This document shows positions 45,712 to 55,184 of a DNA stretch of 64,000 bases, piece by piece; the stretch's first letter is position 1; every line of letters starts with the position of its first letter. A model generated the notes under the pieces. The model had not been told where the DNA came from, ran no database searches, and saw only the letters and a program-made list of their open reading frames with translations. A program made the position numbers and the translations under genes. The stretch is from assembly GCA_013334825.1 (NCBI GenBank), contig JAAXWR010000003.1:37167-101166 (forward strand). Direction: 5' to 3'. Source of the stretch: Candidatus Yonathbacteria bacterium. Lineage in GTDB: Bacteria > Patescibacteriota > Minisyncoccia > Phycocordibacterales > JACNGX01.

Positions 45712-46707
45712 TTAACGGCTCATAAAGATATACCCTCCTTCTCCAGGAGAAAATGATACATCAGATGTCGCGCAAGCATCAGCGAATGTTGCTGTTGATC
45801 GAGTAATACGTTCGAGCGCAGTACGATATTCAGAGATGCCAATGACGCCAGTTAATGTGTCGTGTTCAGTATCGCGAATCATAACAAGTGCACGCTTCAT
45901 ATTGTTTACACCATTGACGAGTTCGAGATGGGCATCTTTCAGGTTTTCAGGGACACGCGTTGACAAGAGTGTGTTACGCATACCTTCAAAAAATACAATA
46001 AATCTATCGAGACGTGCTAATCCAGCAATGTTTGTACCATTGCCATCAATGATTGATTCTTTAATGATGGTCATTTCGTAAGGTTCTCCCAATGCTTCAT
46101 ATGCCGACAGTTGTGTGCCAAAGATATTGCCATATGCACGAAGAGTTTCAACATCTGCTGGTCCGACAGCAATATCGACACGTGTATAGGCATCTACGAG
46201 TTTATTGTTTCCTGCTTCGTTGGCAATAATGTCATTGAGGACATCTGCTTTTCCAGAAATATCGTCTCCAGACATACCGTACGCGTACAAGTGACTCATG
46301 AATGCCTGAGCAACTGACTCGGTACGATTTCCATATCCAGTCTCTGTGCTTTCAAGTGATGGGATTGCTGGATATATAGAAAGCGAATCATCTACTGCAT
46401 TAATGAGAGGGTTGCGCTGCGTGAGGAGCTCAATAGAATCGGGAGTACCGTCTCCGTCACTGTCGACTTGTTCAGGGTTTGTACCCCACAGGGCCTCTTC
46501 CCAGTTTGAGAGTCCGTCATCATCATAGTCGGCATTTGGATCGTAATCTGTTGGGACATATGCCGAAGCAAGAGGGAGTGTTTTTTCAGGCACATTCCCA
46601 AGGCGAGTGATGCCGTACGCAATTCCTATAAAGATAATAATAACACCGACAATCGCGATAAAGCGTTTACTCGGGAGGTATGAAGAGATGGGCTGATGCA
46701 TATGCAT
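45712..46707 (-). CDS. Membrane-anchored protein with TSP3-like Ca-binding repeat
   Basis: TM followed by DYDDDGLSNWEEALWGTNP..VDSDGDGTPD. Confidence 0.75.
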   Translation of the reverse strand: MHMHQPISSYLPSKRFIAIVGVIIIFIGIAYGITRLGNVPEKTLPLASAYVPTDYDPNADYDDDGLSNWEEALWGTNPEQVDSDGDGTPDSIELLTQRNPLINAVDDSLSIYPAIPSLESTETGYGNRTESVAQAFMSHLYAYGMSGDDISGKADVLNDIIANEAGNNKLVDAYTRVDIAVGPADVETLRAYGNIFGTQLSAYEALGEPYEMTIIKESIIDGNGTNIAGLARLDRFIVFFEGMRNTLLSTRVPENLKDAHLELVNGVNNMKRALVMIRDTEHDTLTGVIGISEYRTALERITRSTATFADACATSDVSFSPGEGGYIFMSR

Positions 46708-46761
46708 CAATTATACAGAAAGAAGTGTTGTCAAGAAAGTGGCGGTGTGTATTACTCGCCC

Positions 46762-48351
46762 TTATGTGGTGTTTCGATAGATGGTATAGGCATTTCCAAT
46801 CAGGAGAATTGTTGCACATAGTAATATCCAGTTTTGCGCATAGTCGGCGACAGTACGTTCTTTTTTCAAAGAAATATTTCCTGAAATGAAACCTGTTTCA
46901 CCGCGAAGAGAAGATGTAACAATGTGTCCATTTCCATCAATAATAAAAGAAGGTGTCATGTTCCCCGCCTGTATGAACGGACGTGCATGTGTTACCGCAT
47001 GAATGATTGCTTTTCGTAGAACATATTTCCCCAGAAGAGGATGTCCAGTAAATGCCCCATGTGACGCCGCGTTTGCAAAGACGGTGGTGCCGTTATCGGA
47101 TGCTTCTGTATAAAGTGACATAGGTGTCGTTTCGGAGCAGAACAGTACAGTTAATGAAAATAATCCTTTCGATGAGATACTTTCAATCGCTGTTCCATGG
47201 GTATATCCACGCCGTGTTGTAAACGTATCAGCCCAGTGCCCTTGCCCGAAGATTTTTGAAAAAGTTGTAACAATATAAGGAAGATATTCGCCAAACGGTG
47301 CAAGAAAACGTTTTTGACCTTGCCCCACAAGTGTTCCTGTTGCGTCTATGTATTGCGCGGTGAGTATGAGAGAGCCATCTTCTGTACGATTTGTCTCTGA
47401 ATCGGTGGCAAGAAATGATGAAGATTGTGCGAGAGGATCAAGAATTTGACGGCGTGCGTCAAGTGAAAGCGAGCCGAGAAGGCCAGTGTCTTCAGGAAGA
47501 ATAAGTATATTAGTTCGTATACCAGAAGTTATTGCAGTATCGATATATTGTTTCGCGCGTGTTTGTTTGCGAGCATGGTCTATCTTTGTCGCACCAAATA
47601 CGGAAGGTTCGTTCAGAGAGATTGCGGTTGCAGAGATGGATTCCGCTGTGTCATGTGGGTGGAGGATGTGCCCGATGCTTGGGGTGATAAAAAGAAAAAG
47701 AATGAGTATTCCTACAGATTGTGCCATTGTGCCAAGATGTCTCTTGGGATATGCCGAGATAAGATGTGTTATTGCTACAGCACTTCCTGCGATGATAAAT
47801 TCAAAAAGATATGGTCCCCCAAGTGAAGTAATAGAGACGAGAAAGCTACTGTCAGCAAAAGATGTACCTAGATTTCCGAAATCCCAGTAAGGTCCGATTG
47901 ACGCTCCCTTTCCCCACCAAAGGACAGCATATGCAAATGAACGTACAAAAGAAAGTAGTGTCCATGCGGATGCCCCATACAAGACGTCTTTAATGAGTGT
48001 GTGGTGGGGTGAGCGCATGAACAGCGTCCAGATGCCCGTAAAGATACCAATGGTTAGAGAAGAAAATATCCATGCTGTTCCAACGACGATTCCAGCAAGG
48101 AGAGGAGATGTAAACCCTGCCCAACTAAGTGGGTACGCACCCCAAAACCAGAATGTCGAAATACCTCCCGCCATAACACCAGACAAAAACCCTCCTTGGT
48201 ATGCCATGCGACGTGTGCGATGTATGTTTCGTGCATATAAAACAAGTGGTACGAGTACACACGGTGCCATGACATATCCGTAGGGAGCGGCAATCGCGAT
48301 AATAGCAAATATCCCTGAATATAAAGGGAGAAGTGAAAAAGAAAAACGCAT
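46762..48351 (-). CDS. lnt: Apolipoprotein N-acyltransferase
   Basis: Multi-TM plus nitrilase domain: LILPED (E), QKRFLAPFGEY (K), LFCSE (C). Confidence 0.85.
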   Translation of the reverse strand: MRFSFSLLPLYSGIFAIIAIAAPYGYVMAPCVLVPLVLYARNIHRTRRMAYQGGFLSGVMAGGISTFWFWGAYPLSWAGFTSPLLAGIVVGTAWIFSSLTIGIFTGIWTLFMRSPHHTLIKDVLYGASAWTLLSFVRSFAYAVLWWGKGASIGPYWDFGNLGTSFADSSFLVSITSLGGPYLFEFIIAGSAVAITHLISAYPKRHLGTMAQSVGILILFLFITPSIGHILHPHDTAESISATAISLNEPSVFGATKIDHARKQTRAKQYIDTAITSGIRTNILILPEDTGLLGSLSLDARRQILDPLAQSSSFLATDSETNRTEDGSLILTAQYIDATGTLVGQGQKRFLAPFGEYLPYIVTTFSKIFGQGHWADTFTTRRGYTHGTAIESISSKGLFSLTVLFCSETTPMSLYTEASDNGTTVFANAASHGAFTGHPLLGKYVLRKAIIHAVTHARPFIQAGNMTPSFIIDGNGHIVTSSLRGETGFISGNISLKKERTVADYAQNWILLCATILLIGNAYTIYRNTT

Positions 48352-48371
48352 GAGAATAGTGTGAAAGACAA

Positions 48372-48854
48372 TCACCAACTCGCGATGTCTCCTATAGAGA
48401 GATTGTGTGAAGAAGAGAAACCGGCGGGAACTTCAAGAGCATAGCGCGCATTTGTTTGTGGGCTAAAACTCTCAGGGTATGTTTCTGGAGAAACAGTGTA
48501 TGCAATATCTACAATTTGTTTTTTTGCTGAAAACCAAATAATATCAATAGGATATGTCATGTCTTTCATCCAAAATGAATGATGATCATCTTTTGGGAAA
48601 ACGAATAGCATGCCTTCTTGTGGAGAAAGAGTGTTTGTCCCCGATAGTCCCTGACGGCGTTTTTCTTCAGTATCAGCAACATGAGCGGTGACGATAGTTC
48701 CGTTAATGGCAACGAGTGTGCGTTCGTATCCAGAAAGTGATACAGACGCGGAAAATTCGGCCGGGTAGGCATCTGCTTGGGACGATATAACTATGGTTGA
48801 TGCTGCAATTGAGGCAACAATAATCAAAATGAATGTGCCGATGGATGTGCGCAT
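48372..48854 (-). CDS. DUF192 family protein
   Basis: ADT...RQGLS, GMLFVF, FWMKDM.YPIDIIW, ALEVPAG. Confidence 0.9.
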   Translation of the reverse strand: MRTSIGTFILIIVASIAASTIVISSQADAYPAEFSASVSLSGYERTLVAINGTIVTAHVADTEEKRRQGLSGTNTLSPQEGMLFVFPKDDHHSFWMKDMTYPIDIIWFSAKKQIVDIAYTVSPETYPESFSPQTNARYALEVPAGFSSSHNLSIGDIASW

Positions 48855-49609
48855 AGTGCATGCCAGTCGGCGACGGAAAGATTTTCCGCACGCGCCGTCT
48901 TCTCTATGGTACACGCTTGAAGGGTGTCTTGTCCACATCCGAGATTTGATGCAAGAAGTTTACGCTTATGTGCGAATCCTTTTCTCACTGTCTCAAAGTA
49001 CACGCGTTCGTTCTCGTTAGATGTAAACGGATCAGACATATGTTCGACGACAAGGACAGCAGAATCAACAGTGGGTGATGGAGTGAACATGCCACGAGGA
49101 ATGGTACGCGCGATATGTGGTGTTCCATATGTTTGAATGGCAATAGAAAGAATACTTGCATCCCCTTTTCCCGCGACTGCTCGGCGAGCAACTTCTTTTT
49201 GTACAAGGAGTACTACATGTTTAGGAAGATGTGCGCGCGAGAAAAATCGACGAATGATGAGGCCTGTGATGTAATACGGAATATTTGCGGCGAGGATGTA
49301 GGTGCCGGGGTTAAGATTGTAGGTAGCAAGGTCAAGAGTGAGCGCGTCACCATGAACGAGCGTAAGACGTCCTGATGCAATATCGTCCACAAAGAGCGTC
49401 TGGAGCTCTGGAATAAGACGGTCGTCTTTTTCAACAGCGACAACGTGCGCGCCGGTATCAAGGAGGGCGCGCGTGAGCGCGCCCATACCAGGCCCGATTT
49501 CAAGGATGGTGTCCCCTATTCCCGCGCATGTTGCGGCAGCAATATCAGCAATCGCTTTCTCCGAAGTGAGAAAGTTTTGCCCAAGAGATTTTTTTGCTTT
49601 GATAGTCAT
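48824..49609 (-). CDS. rsmA: 16S rRNA adenine dimethyltransferase
   Basis: AKKSLGQNFL, LEIGPGMG, ANIPYYIT, QKEVA, P.VDSAV. Confidence 0.95.
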   Translation of the reverse strand: MTIKAKKSLGQNFLTSEKAIADIAAATCAGIGDTILEIGPGMGALTRALLDTGAHVVAVEKDDRLIPELQTLFVDDIASGRLTLVHGDALTLDLATYNLNPGTYILAANIPYYITGLIIRRFFSRAHLPKHVVLLVQKEVARRAVAGKGDASILSIAIQTYGTPHIARTIPRGMFTPSPTVDSAVLVVEHMSDPFTSNENERVYFETVRKGFAHKRKLLASNLGCGQDTLQACTIEKTARAENLSVADWHALCAHPSAHSF

Positions 49610-49641
49610 GATAATGATGAGGAAGAAATAAATATATTGCA

Positions 49642-49676
49642 ACACATTTTTTCTCAAAAAAAGAGGACTGTCCTTT
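49642..49676. repeat. Direct repeat copy 1 (AAAGAGGACnGTCCTTT core)
   Basis: ACACATTTTTTCTCAAAAAAAGAGGACTGTCCTTT; copy 2 at 51931-51965. Confidence 0.8.
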
Positions 49677-49685
49677 CGGAAAAAG

Positions 49686-50630
49686 TTATCGACGTATCTG
49701 TGTGGCGCGTGCGCGATGAGTGAATACACGAAACGGAATAAAGAGAAGTGCCCAGGGAATGACAGAAAGGACGACAGGAAGAACAATATCAGGACGCGTA
49801 CCAAAGAATTTGTCCGCGAGATCAACGGCGAGTGTAAAGTTTACATACGCCATGCAAACAGTAAGGGCAATGCGATCAGGAAGTGCCTTTTTGAAAAAGA
49901 CGATATACGCAACAATATGAACACTGATAAAGAGCGCGCATATCGCGAGAAGCTCAGGTAAGGACTCCCCGCGTGTTACTAGTGATACGATTTCATCAGG
50001 GCGTTTGGCGACAATAAATGCGATAAGTCCACCAAGAAGTATGGTAGAAAAGGGTGTGAAAAAACGGGATACGCTCGATATACCACGCAAAGCATATATA
50101 CGAATACCTTGTGCTACGAAGAAAGGAAGAATAATCGCTTGGACGAGACGAAGAAACATTGCCATCCCATCCACATGCACAACATGTCCTGCCATAACAG
50201 ACACCATAAAGGGAACAGTGAATGGTGCCAGTAGTGAACTGGTGATGGTGATAACAAGAGCGGTATGCTTTTCTCCTCCGGCGAGCTCTGACAGAAGCGG
50301 CGCGGTCATACCCGCGGGCATTGCAGTAAGAAGAAGAAATGATATTGCAAGCGCGGGGGCAAAGGGCGCGGTTACAACATACGCGAGGAATGGGAGAAGT
50401 ATGAGCGTGAAGACAACGGCAGGAATAACAGTACGTGCATCGCGTAGGGCATGGATAACAGCGCGCATATCAATGGTGAGCGAACTGAGGAAAAATATCC
50501 CAATGAGAAGATAGAGGGATATGTTTGGATAGGCGGTAACAAATGTAGGAAATTGCGTGCCAATCCACACACCGCCAATAAGCGCGGTAAGGATGACAAT
50601 GATGAGTGGTTGTTCTGGATGCGCAGACAT
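49686..50630 (-). CDS. Bile acid:sodium symporter (BASS) family transporter
   Basis: About 9-10 TMs; LLTAMPAG..APLLSELAGG, SSLLAPFTVP. Confidence 0.85.
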   Translation of the reverse strand: MSAHPEQPLIIVILTALIGGVWIGTQFPTFVTAYPNISLYLLIGIFFLSSLTIDMRAVIHALRDARTVIPAVVFTLILLPFLAYVVTAPFAPALAISFLLLTAMPAGMTAPLLSELAGGEKHTALVITITSSLLAPFTVPFMVSVMAGHVVHVDGMAMFLRLVQAIILPFFVAQGIRIYALRGISSVSRFFTPFSTILLGGLIAFIVAKRPDEIVSLVTRGESLPELLAICALFISVHIVAYIVFFKKALPDRIALTVCMAYVNFTLAVDLADKFFGTRPDIVLPVVLSVIPWALLFIPFRVFTHRARATQIRR

Positions 50631-50760
50631 GTGTAGGGACGGATGAGATGTTCTCAATACCAAAACTATACGGCGTTTTGTCGTTTTAGACAATCTTTTT
50701 TGAAATGCGTGTTGTAGTTCGTGCGTTGCATGTGTCTTTTTGTTTCGTTACAATGCACGC

Positions 50761-51021
50761 ATGAGTCAACGTATTGTAGTTGTTGAATGGTTTGATGCTG
50801 GGTATACCGACAAAGAATCTTCCGTTGATGTTTTTCCTCCTGCTCAACATACAGTTGGGGTTCTTGTGGAAGAGACGGACGAGTATGTGCATGTTGCAGT
50901 TAATATGTACTGCGAGAACGGAATTGTTGAACCAATTGATGGTTTTTTTATTCCCAAAGCAACAATTGCACACATGAGAGACGTTGGTCCTTACGTATGC
51001 GGATTAGAGAAAACACTATGA
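50761..51021 (+). CDS. Small beta-rich protein, paralog A (Sm/SH3-like?)
   Basis: VVEWFDA...TVGVLVEETDEYV...FFIPKATI; TACAAT 6 nt before ATG. Confidence 0.75.
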   Translation: MSQRIVVVEWFDAGYTDKESSVDVFPPAQHTVGVLVEETDEYVHVAVNMYCENGIVEPIDGFFIPKATIAHMRDVGPYVCGLEKTL

Positions 51022-51272
51022 AATATATTACTGTCACATGGAAAGATGCTACTTTTTATCATTTGGGACATATTCCATCAGGGTGTAGTTGTATGGAGAC
51101 ATCAGGTGTTTTACTCAAAGAAACAGATAAATACATACTTATCGGTAAGCCGAAATCAATAAGACGTCCAGACGGTAAACCCTATCCAGAAACAAGTGAA
51201 CCAAAGTATTTTCTCATTCCTAAGGGAATGGTAGAACATATAAAAGAAATAGATGAGAAACTCCAGAGATAA
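51018..51272 (+). CDS. Small beta-rich protein, paralog B
   Basis: TVTWKDA...TSGVLLKETDKYI...FLIPKGMV; ATGA overlap with paralog A. Confidence 0.75.
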   Translation: MKYITVTWKDATFYHLGHIPSGCSCMETSGVLLKETDKYILIGKPKSIRRPDGKPYPETSEPKYFLIPKGMVEHIKEIDEKLQR

Positions 51273-51282
51273 AAACACGACC

Positions 51283-51807
51283 TCAAGGCCGTGTAGTTTG
51301 TAGAGAGATGATCCTGTATGCATCGGTGTATGCATACGATTTGTCGTTGTACTCTTCGGTATCGTAGACTGTTATCCCCTCTTTATGCCAGAGGACAAAA
51401 TACTTGATGCCGATATCAAGTGCCATTTTACTGCATATCGTGCAGTAAGGCGCGCCTGAATAGTGCAACTTACCGTCTTCGTCCAGTCGTACAAAGTACA
51501 ACGTTGAGCCAGCGAGACTTTCGGGATGTGTTCTGAGCACCTGTATCATCGCGCGCTGTTCCGCATGGACACAACATGTTTTATCCGTCACTTTTATGTG
51601 GTAGCCGTTCTTTTCACATCTACAGCGTCGCTGACTCTTTAGACCGCCGGGAGGACTGTTGAACCCTTCGCCGATGATACAACCTCTTTCGGAAACGATA
51701 ACTGCTCCGCATCGCGACCGCGCACACGTTGCCTGTTTTGCAGTTTCAGCTGCGATGGCCAGGTATTTTTTCGCCAGCTCTGCTTCTTCTTCTTTTATTA
51801 TCCGCAT
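51283..51807 (-). CDS. Zn-dependent cytidine/dCMP deaminase family protein
   Basis: ATC..SRCGAVI, GFNSPP, HAEQ, PYCTIC. Confidence 0.88.
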   Translation of the reverse strand: MRIIKEEEAELAKKYLAIAAETAKQATCARSRCGAVIVSERGCIIGEGFNSPPGGLKSQRRCRCEKNGYHIKVTDKTCCVHAEQRAMIQVLRTHPESLAGSTLYFVRLDEDGKLHYSGAPYCTICSKMALDIGIKYFVLWHKEGITVYDTEEYNDKSYAYTDAYRIISLQTTRP

Positions 51808-51930
51808 GATCGCTACTTTTTTAAGTTATTCAATACACCCTATATTGAAATGTACACATATTTATCTACTATTGCAAGGATAGTATAACTACCGAAGCTT
51901 TTGCTGGATGGGGACGAAAGACATAATATT

Positions 51931-51965
51931 ACACACTTTTTCTCAAAAAAAGAGGACCGTCCTTT
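51931..51965. repeat. Direct repeat copy 2
   Basis: ACACACTTTTTCTCAAAAAAAGAGGACCGTCCTTT. Confidence 0.8.
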
Positions 51966-52014
51966 TTCTTTCTTTTAGTTTCTTGAAACTTTCAACTTGA
52001 AACTGAAAACTCGT

Positions 52015-53991
52015 TTACAAATACTCAATCATTCTCTCTCCCTCGTGTTGCTCTGTATCTTCTTCGTCTCCTCCTATTTCTTCTGCTGTTTCAATATATG
52101 CTTCATCCAAGTCCATGAGAAACTCTGATGGTGTATTGACGTTTTTTGATCCAAACACTGTACGCATGTGGGCATAACTGAGCCACACTTTTTTCTCTGC
52201 CCGCGTAACCGCGACATAAAAAAGCCGACGCTCCTCCTCTTCGCGCTCAGGGTTCCTGACTGGACCGTCAAATCCTCGATGCGGGAAGAGGTCCTGCTCC
52301 ATACCGGTGATGAATACATACGGGAATTCAAGTCCTTTGGATGCATGAACCGTCATGAGACGTACCGCGTCAACTTGTTTTTTTGTATGCGTGCCGAGCG
52401 AGTCTTGATCGGATGCGAGCGCAGCATCGGAAAGAAGCGTGGCGATACCTTCACCGAGGGGAAGTGTATCGTATTTGCTGCCGAGTGCGACAAGTTCGTA
52501 TGCGTTTTCAAGTCGTTCCTCCCCTTCTTCACGGTCTTTGAGAAACATTTCTTCAAGTCCACTTTGTTTAATGGTGTAGCGAATGAGAAGTGATGGCGTG
52601 TAGGTTTCTGCCGCACGGGCAATATCGGCAAGTATTGTGCGGAAAGAAGCGACTTTCTCTTTTGTCGCGGGTGGCAACGATGCTTCGTCTCCCGCAAGCA
52701 CTTTGGCAAGTGTTGTCTTGCCAAGCCCGCGCGTGGGGACGTTCAAGATGCGCGCGATGTCGGCAGTCGCATCAGGATTCAGTGCTGCACGGATATACGC
52801 AAGCACATGTTTGACTTCCATGCGGTTGAAAAATTTTACGCCGAGCACTTGATACGGAATGTCACGCGCGAGAAGCCCTTCTTCGAGCGCGCGTGATTGA
52901 AAGTTGGCACGATAGAGAATTGCAATGTCTTTTGGTGATACACCCTGTGTGATGAGGTCGCGACATGTCTTTGCGATGAAGCGTGCCTCTTCTCTTTCAT
53001 CGAGAGTTGAGACAATAGAAATTTTCTCTCCCCCCTTTTTATTGGTGAAAAGAGTTTTGTCTTTGCGTACTTTATTCTTTTTGATAATGTCATTGGCAGC
53101 GGCGAGAATATGCTCAGTAGAACGATAGTTTTCTTCAAGAAGCACGACGGTTGCGTCTGGATAATCTTCTTCAAATATCATCATATTGCGAAAATCCGCG
53201 CCACGCCAACCATAAATACTTTGGTCAGTGTCCCCCACAACGCAGATGTTGTGCTGGTCGCCTCCGAGAATTTTGGAAAGTTTGTATTGCGCCACATTCG
53301 TATCCTGATATTCATCGATGTGAATGTGTGTCCACCGCGCTTGATATTTGGCCCGGATATCAGGACGTTCAGACAAAAGGAGTGTTGTATGGAGAATAAG
53401 GTCGTCAAAGTCAAACGCTTTTTCTTGTACGAGAAGTCGCTCGTATTCTTTCCATACACCTGCGACGATGCGAGGAAAATATTCATTACCGACGCGTGCG
53501 GCATACGTTTCCGCGGTGAGGAGTTCGCCTTTTTCACGTGAGATGGCATTTTTGAGTCGACGTGGTTCAAATTGTTTTGGGTCAAGTTGTTGTGCGATGA
53601 TTGCCTGTTTCAAAAGACGGTTTGTATCATCATCATCCAGTATGGAAAAGTGTGTACCTCTGCCTGTGGCTTCATGCTCGGCGCGGAGGATATATGCGCC
53701 AAGAGAGTGAAATGTTGCGACAAACGGCTCTCCTGCTTTCGCGCCATGACGAACAGATGCTTCTGTCGCAAGGAGCGCACGTACACGGTCAGCCATTTCA
53801 CGCGCGGCTTTGTTGGTAAAGGTGATTGCAAGAATATGTTCAGGCGCGATACCTGATTTGATGAGGTTCAAAATGCGATGTGTGAGAGTTTTTGTTTTTC
53901 CCGCGCCAGCACCTGCAATAATAAGTAGTGGTCCAGTTGTGTGCTCTGCTGCGGAACGTTGCGCGGGATTGAGTGAATCAAGATGAGACAT
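52015..53991 (-). CDS. pcrA: UvrD/PcrA DNA helicase
   Basis: AGAGAGKT, DEYQDTN, VGD.DQSIYGWRGA, MTVHASKGLEF, EERRLFYVAVTRA. Confidence 0.95.
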   Translation of the reverse strand: MSHLDSLNPAQRSAAEHTTGPLLIIAGAGAGKTKTLTHRILNLIKSGIAPEHILAITFTNKAAREMADRVRALLATEASVRHGAKAGEPFVATFHSLGAYILRAEHEATGRGTHFSILDDDDTNRLLKQAIIAQQLDPKQFEPRRLKNAISREKGELLTAETYAARVGNEYFPRIVAGVWKEYERLLVQEKAFDFDDLILHTTLLLSERPDIRAKYQARWTHIHIDEYQDTNVAQYKLSKILGGDQHNICVVGDTDQSIYGWRGADFRNMMIFEEDYPDATVVLLEENYRSTEHILAAANDIIKKNKVRKDKTLFTNKKGGEKISIVSTLDEREEARFIAKTCRDLITQGVSPKDIAILYRANFQSRALEEGLLARDIPYQVLGVKFFNRMEVKHVLAYIRAALNPDATADIARILNVPTRGLGKTTLAKVLAGDEASLPPATKEKVASFRTILADIARAAETYTPSLLIRYTIKQSGLEEMFLKDREEGEERLENAYELVALGSKYDTLPLGEGIATLLSDAALASDQDSLGTHTKKQVDAVRLMTVHASKGLEFPYVFITGMEQDLFPHRGFDGPVRNPEREEEERRLFYVAVTRAEKKVWLSYAHMRTVFGSKNVNTPSEFLMDLDEAYIETAEEIGGDEEDTEQHEGERMIEYL

Positions 53992-54008
53992 GAGAGTAGT
54001 ATAGCATG

Positions 54009-54062
54009 AGAGACGAAAAGCCAGTTCTTAGTTCGTAGTTCTTAGTTCTTAGAACAACTACG
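54009..54062. repeat. (TAGTTCT/TAGTTCG) heptamer repeat upstream of the pcrA promoter
   Basis: AGTTCTTAGTTCGTAGTTCTTAGTTCTTAGAACAACTA; inverted near-copy at 63937-63990. Confidence 0.8.
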
Positions 54063-54324
54063 AGATGGGATTTTAGGTTTCTCGTGACGTCTCTGCCATA
54101 CAGAGCGCGTGGGTCCACACCGCCCTTTCTTAAGAAAGGGCGGGGAGGACGAGTTTTAAGAGATGAAATGTTCCCCCATGTGTTACGATATGTAATAAGA
54201 AAAGAGGGTATTCAAATGATGATTCATGAGTGAAGTGACGTAGTGCAAAAGAATACATACATACATGTGTAACAATAGATAAAGAGAACCCCGCACGAAG
54301 CGGGGTTTTCAGGCAGAAGGTCAG

Positions 54325-54441
54325 TCAGGCGTCCAGCATATAGCCGGACGGGACCTTGGCGGCCGAGGCGGACGAGGTGGTGGCAAGATTTTTATATGCG
54401 GTCGGGCGTGAAGCCCCACCGCTGCGGCATCGTGCGTGCAT
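54325..54441 (-). CDS. Candidate 38-aa small protein in its own transcription unit
   Basis: TTGACA...TGCTATACT promoter, ~100-nt leader, AAGGAGG SD, MHARCRSGGASRPTAYKNLATTSSASAAKVPSGYMLDA, terminator 54285-54310. Confidence 0.55.
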   Translation of the reverse strand: MHARCRSGGASRPTAYKNLATTSSASAAKVPSGYMLDA

Positions 54442-54784
54442 ATGCACCTCCTTGTTTTTGACCCTAGCTCTCTATAAATGTAGAGAGATGGGTCGGTTGA
54501 TGTTGTACATACCTTGCGGAAGGCAATCCGAAAGGTCTGGGTAGAGTATAGCATACCCAGATTTTTTGTCAAGCGTTTGTAAGAGGTGTCATGTTGGGCT
54601 GTTTTTTACCGTCATGCCTATGAATAACGGATACGTACGTCTGCTTGTATCCGTGTAACTCGCTATGTGTCCTCTGTGGTACGGGGTACTTCAGCATATG
54701 CGCCTAGTATAAAGTAATGTATATAAAGAAAAGTTTTTATTTGTTTATTGTATGTATCTGTCATGTGTGTCTTGTATGTTTTCA

Positions 54785-55042
54785 TAAAAAAACAAAGGCC
54801 CACGGAGGGGCCTTGTAAAAAAGAGGACGGATAATGAATATCAAATGACTGAATGCTCAACGGAACATACACGATGAAGGTAAAAAAGTTTTTGTAGCTC
54901 GGCCGAGCTGACATCGGTGTGTGGGTTGAGAATCAATTCCTTGATATCTACTATATGTCCTTATATAAAGAACAAAAAGAACACAAAGAACAAAATGAAA
55001 GAACCTTGATACTATTGTCGCATACCTATGTATCATGTCAAT
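54785..55042 (-). other. Promoter-terminator-bounded ~220-nt transcription unit (sRNA or degenerate small ORF)
   Basis: TTGACA...TGCGACAAT promoter; terminator AAGGCCC..GGGCCTT-TGTTTTTTT at ~54786-54812. Confidence 0.4.
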
Positions 55043-55115
55043 GAACCGTGGTGTGGATAAAAAATTACTCCCGCCGAAGCGGGAGTAAATCGTCGGATTA
55101 AACGAGGTGTGATGT

Positions 55116-55184
55116 TTATCCGACGAAACTTACGCGGGACTCAACGCCGGGGTGGCGTCTTGCCCCAAGGAAAAGTTTCTTCAT
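55116..55184 (-). CDS. Candidate 22-aa small protein in its own transcription unit
   Basis: TTGACG...TGCTATGAT promoter, hairpin leader, AAGGAGG SD, MKKLFLGARRHPGVESRVSFVG, terminator TTACTCCCGC-TTCG-GCGGGAGTAA-TTTTTT. Confidence 0.55.
   Translation of the reverse strand: MKKLFLGARRHPGVESRVSFVG

Noticed and set aside
54325-54441. tmRNA tag (ORF ends GYMLDA)
   Set aside because: No tRNA-like ends or T-arm/CCA, and the ORF has its own SD and ATG
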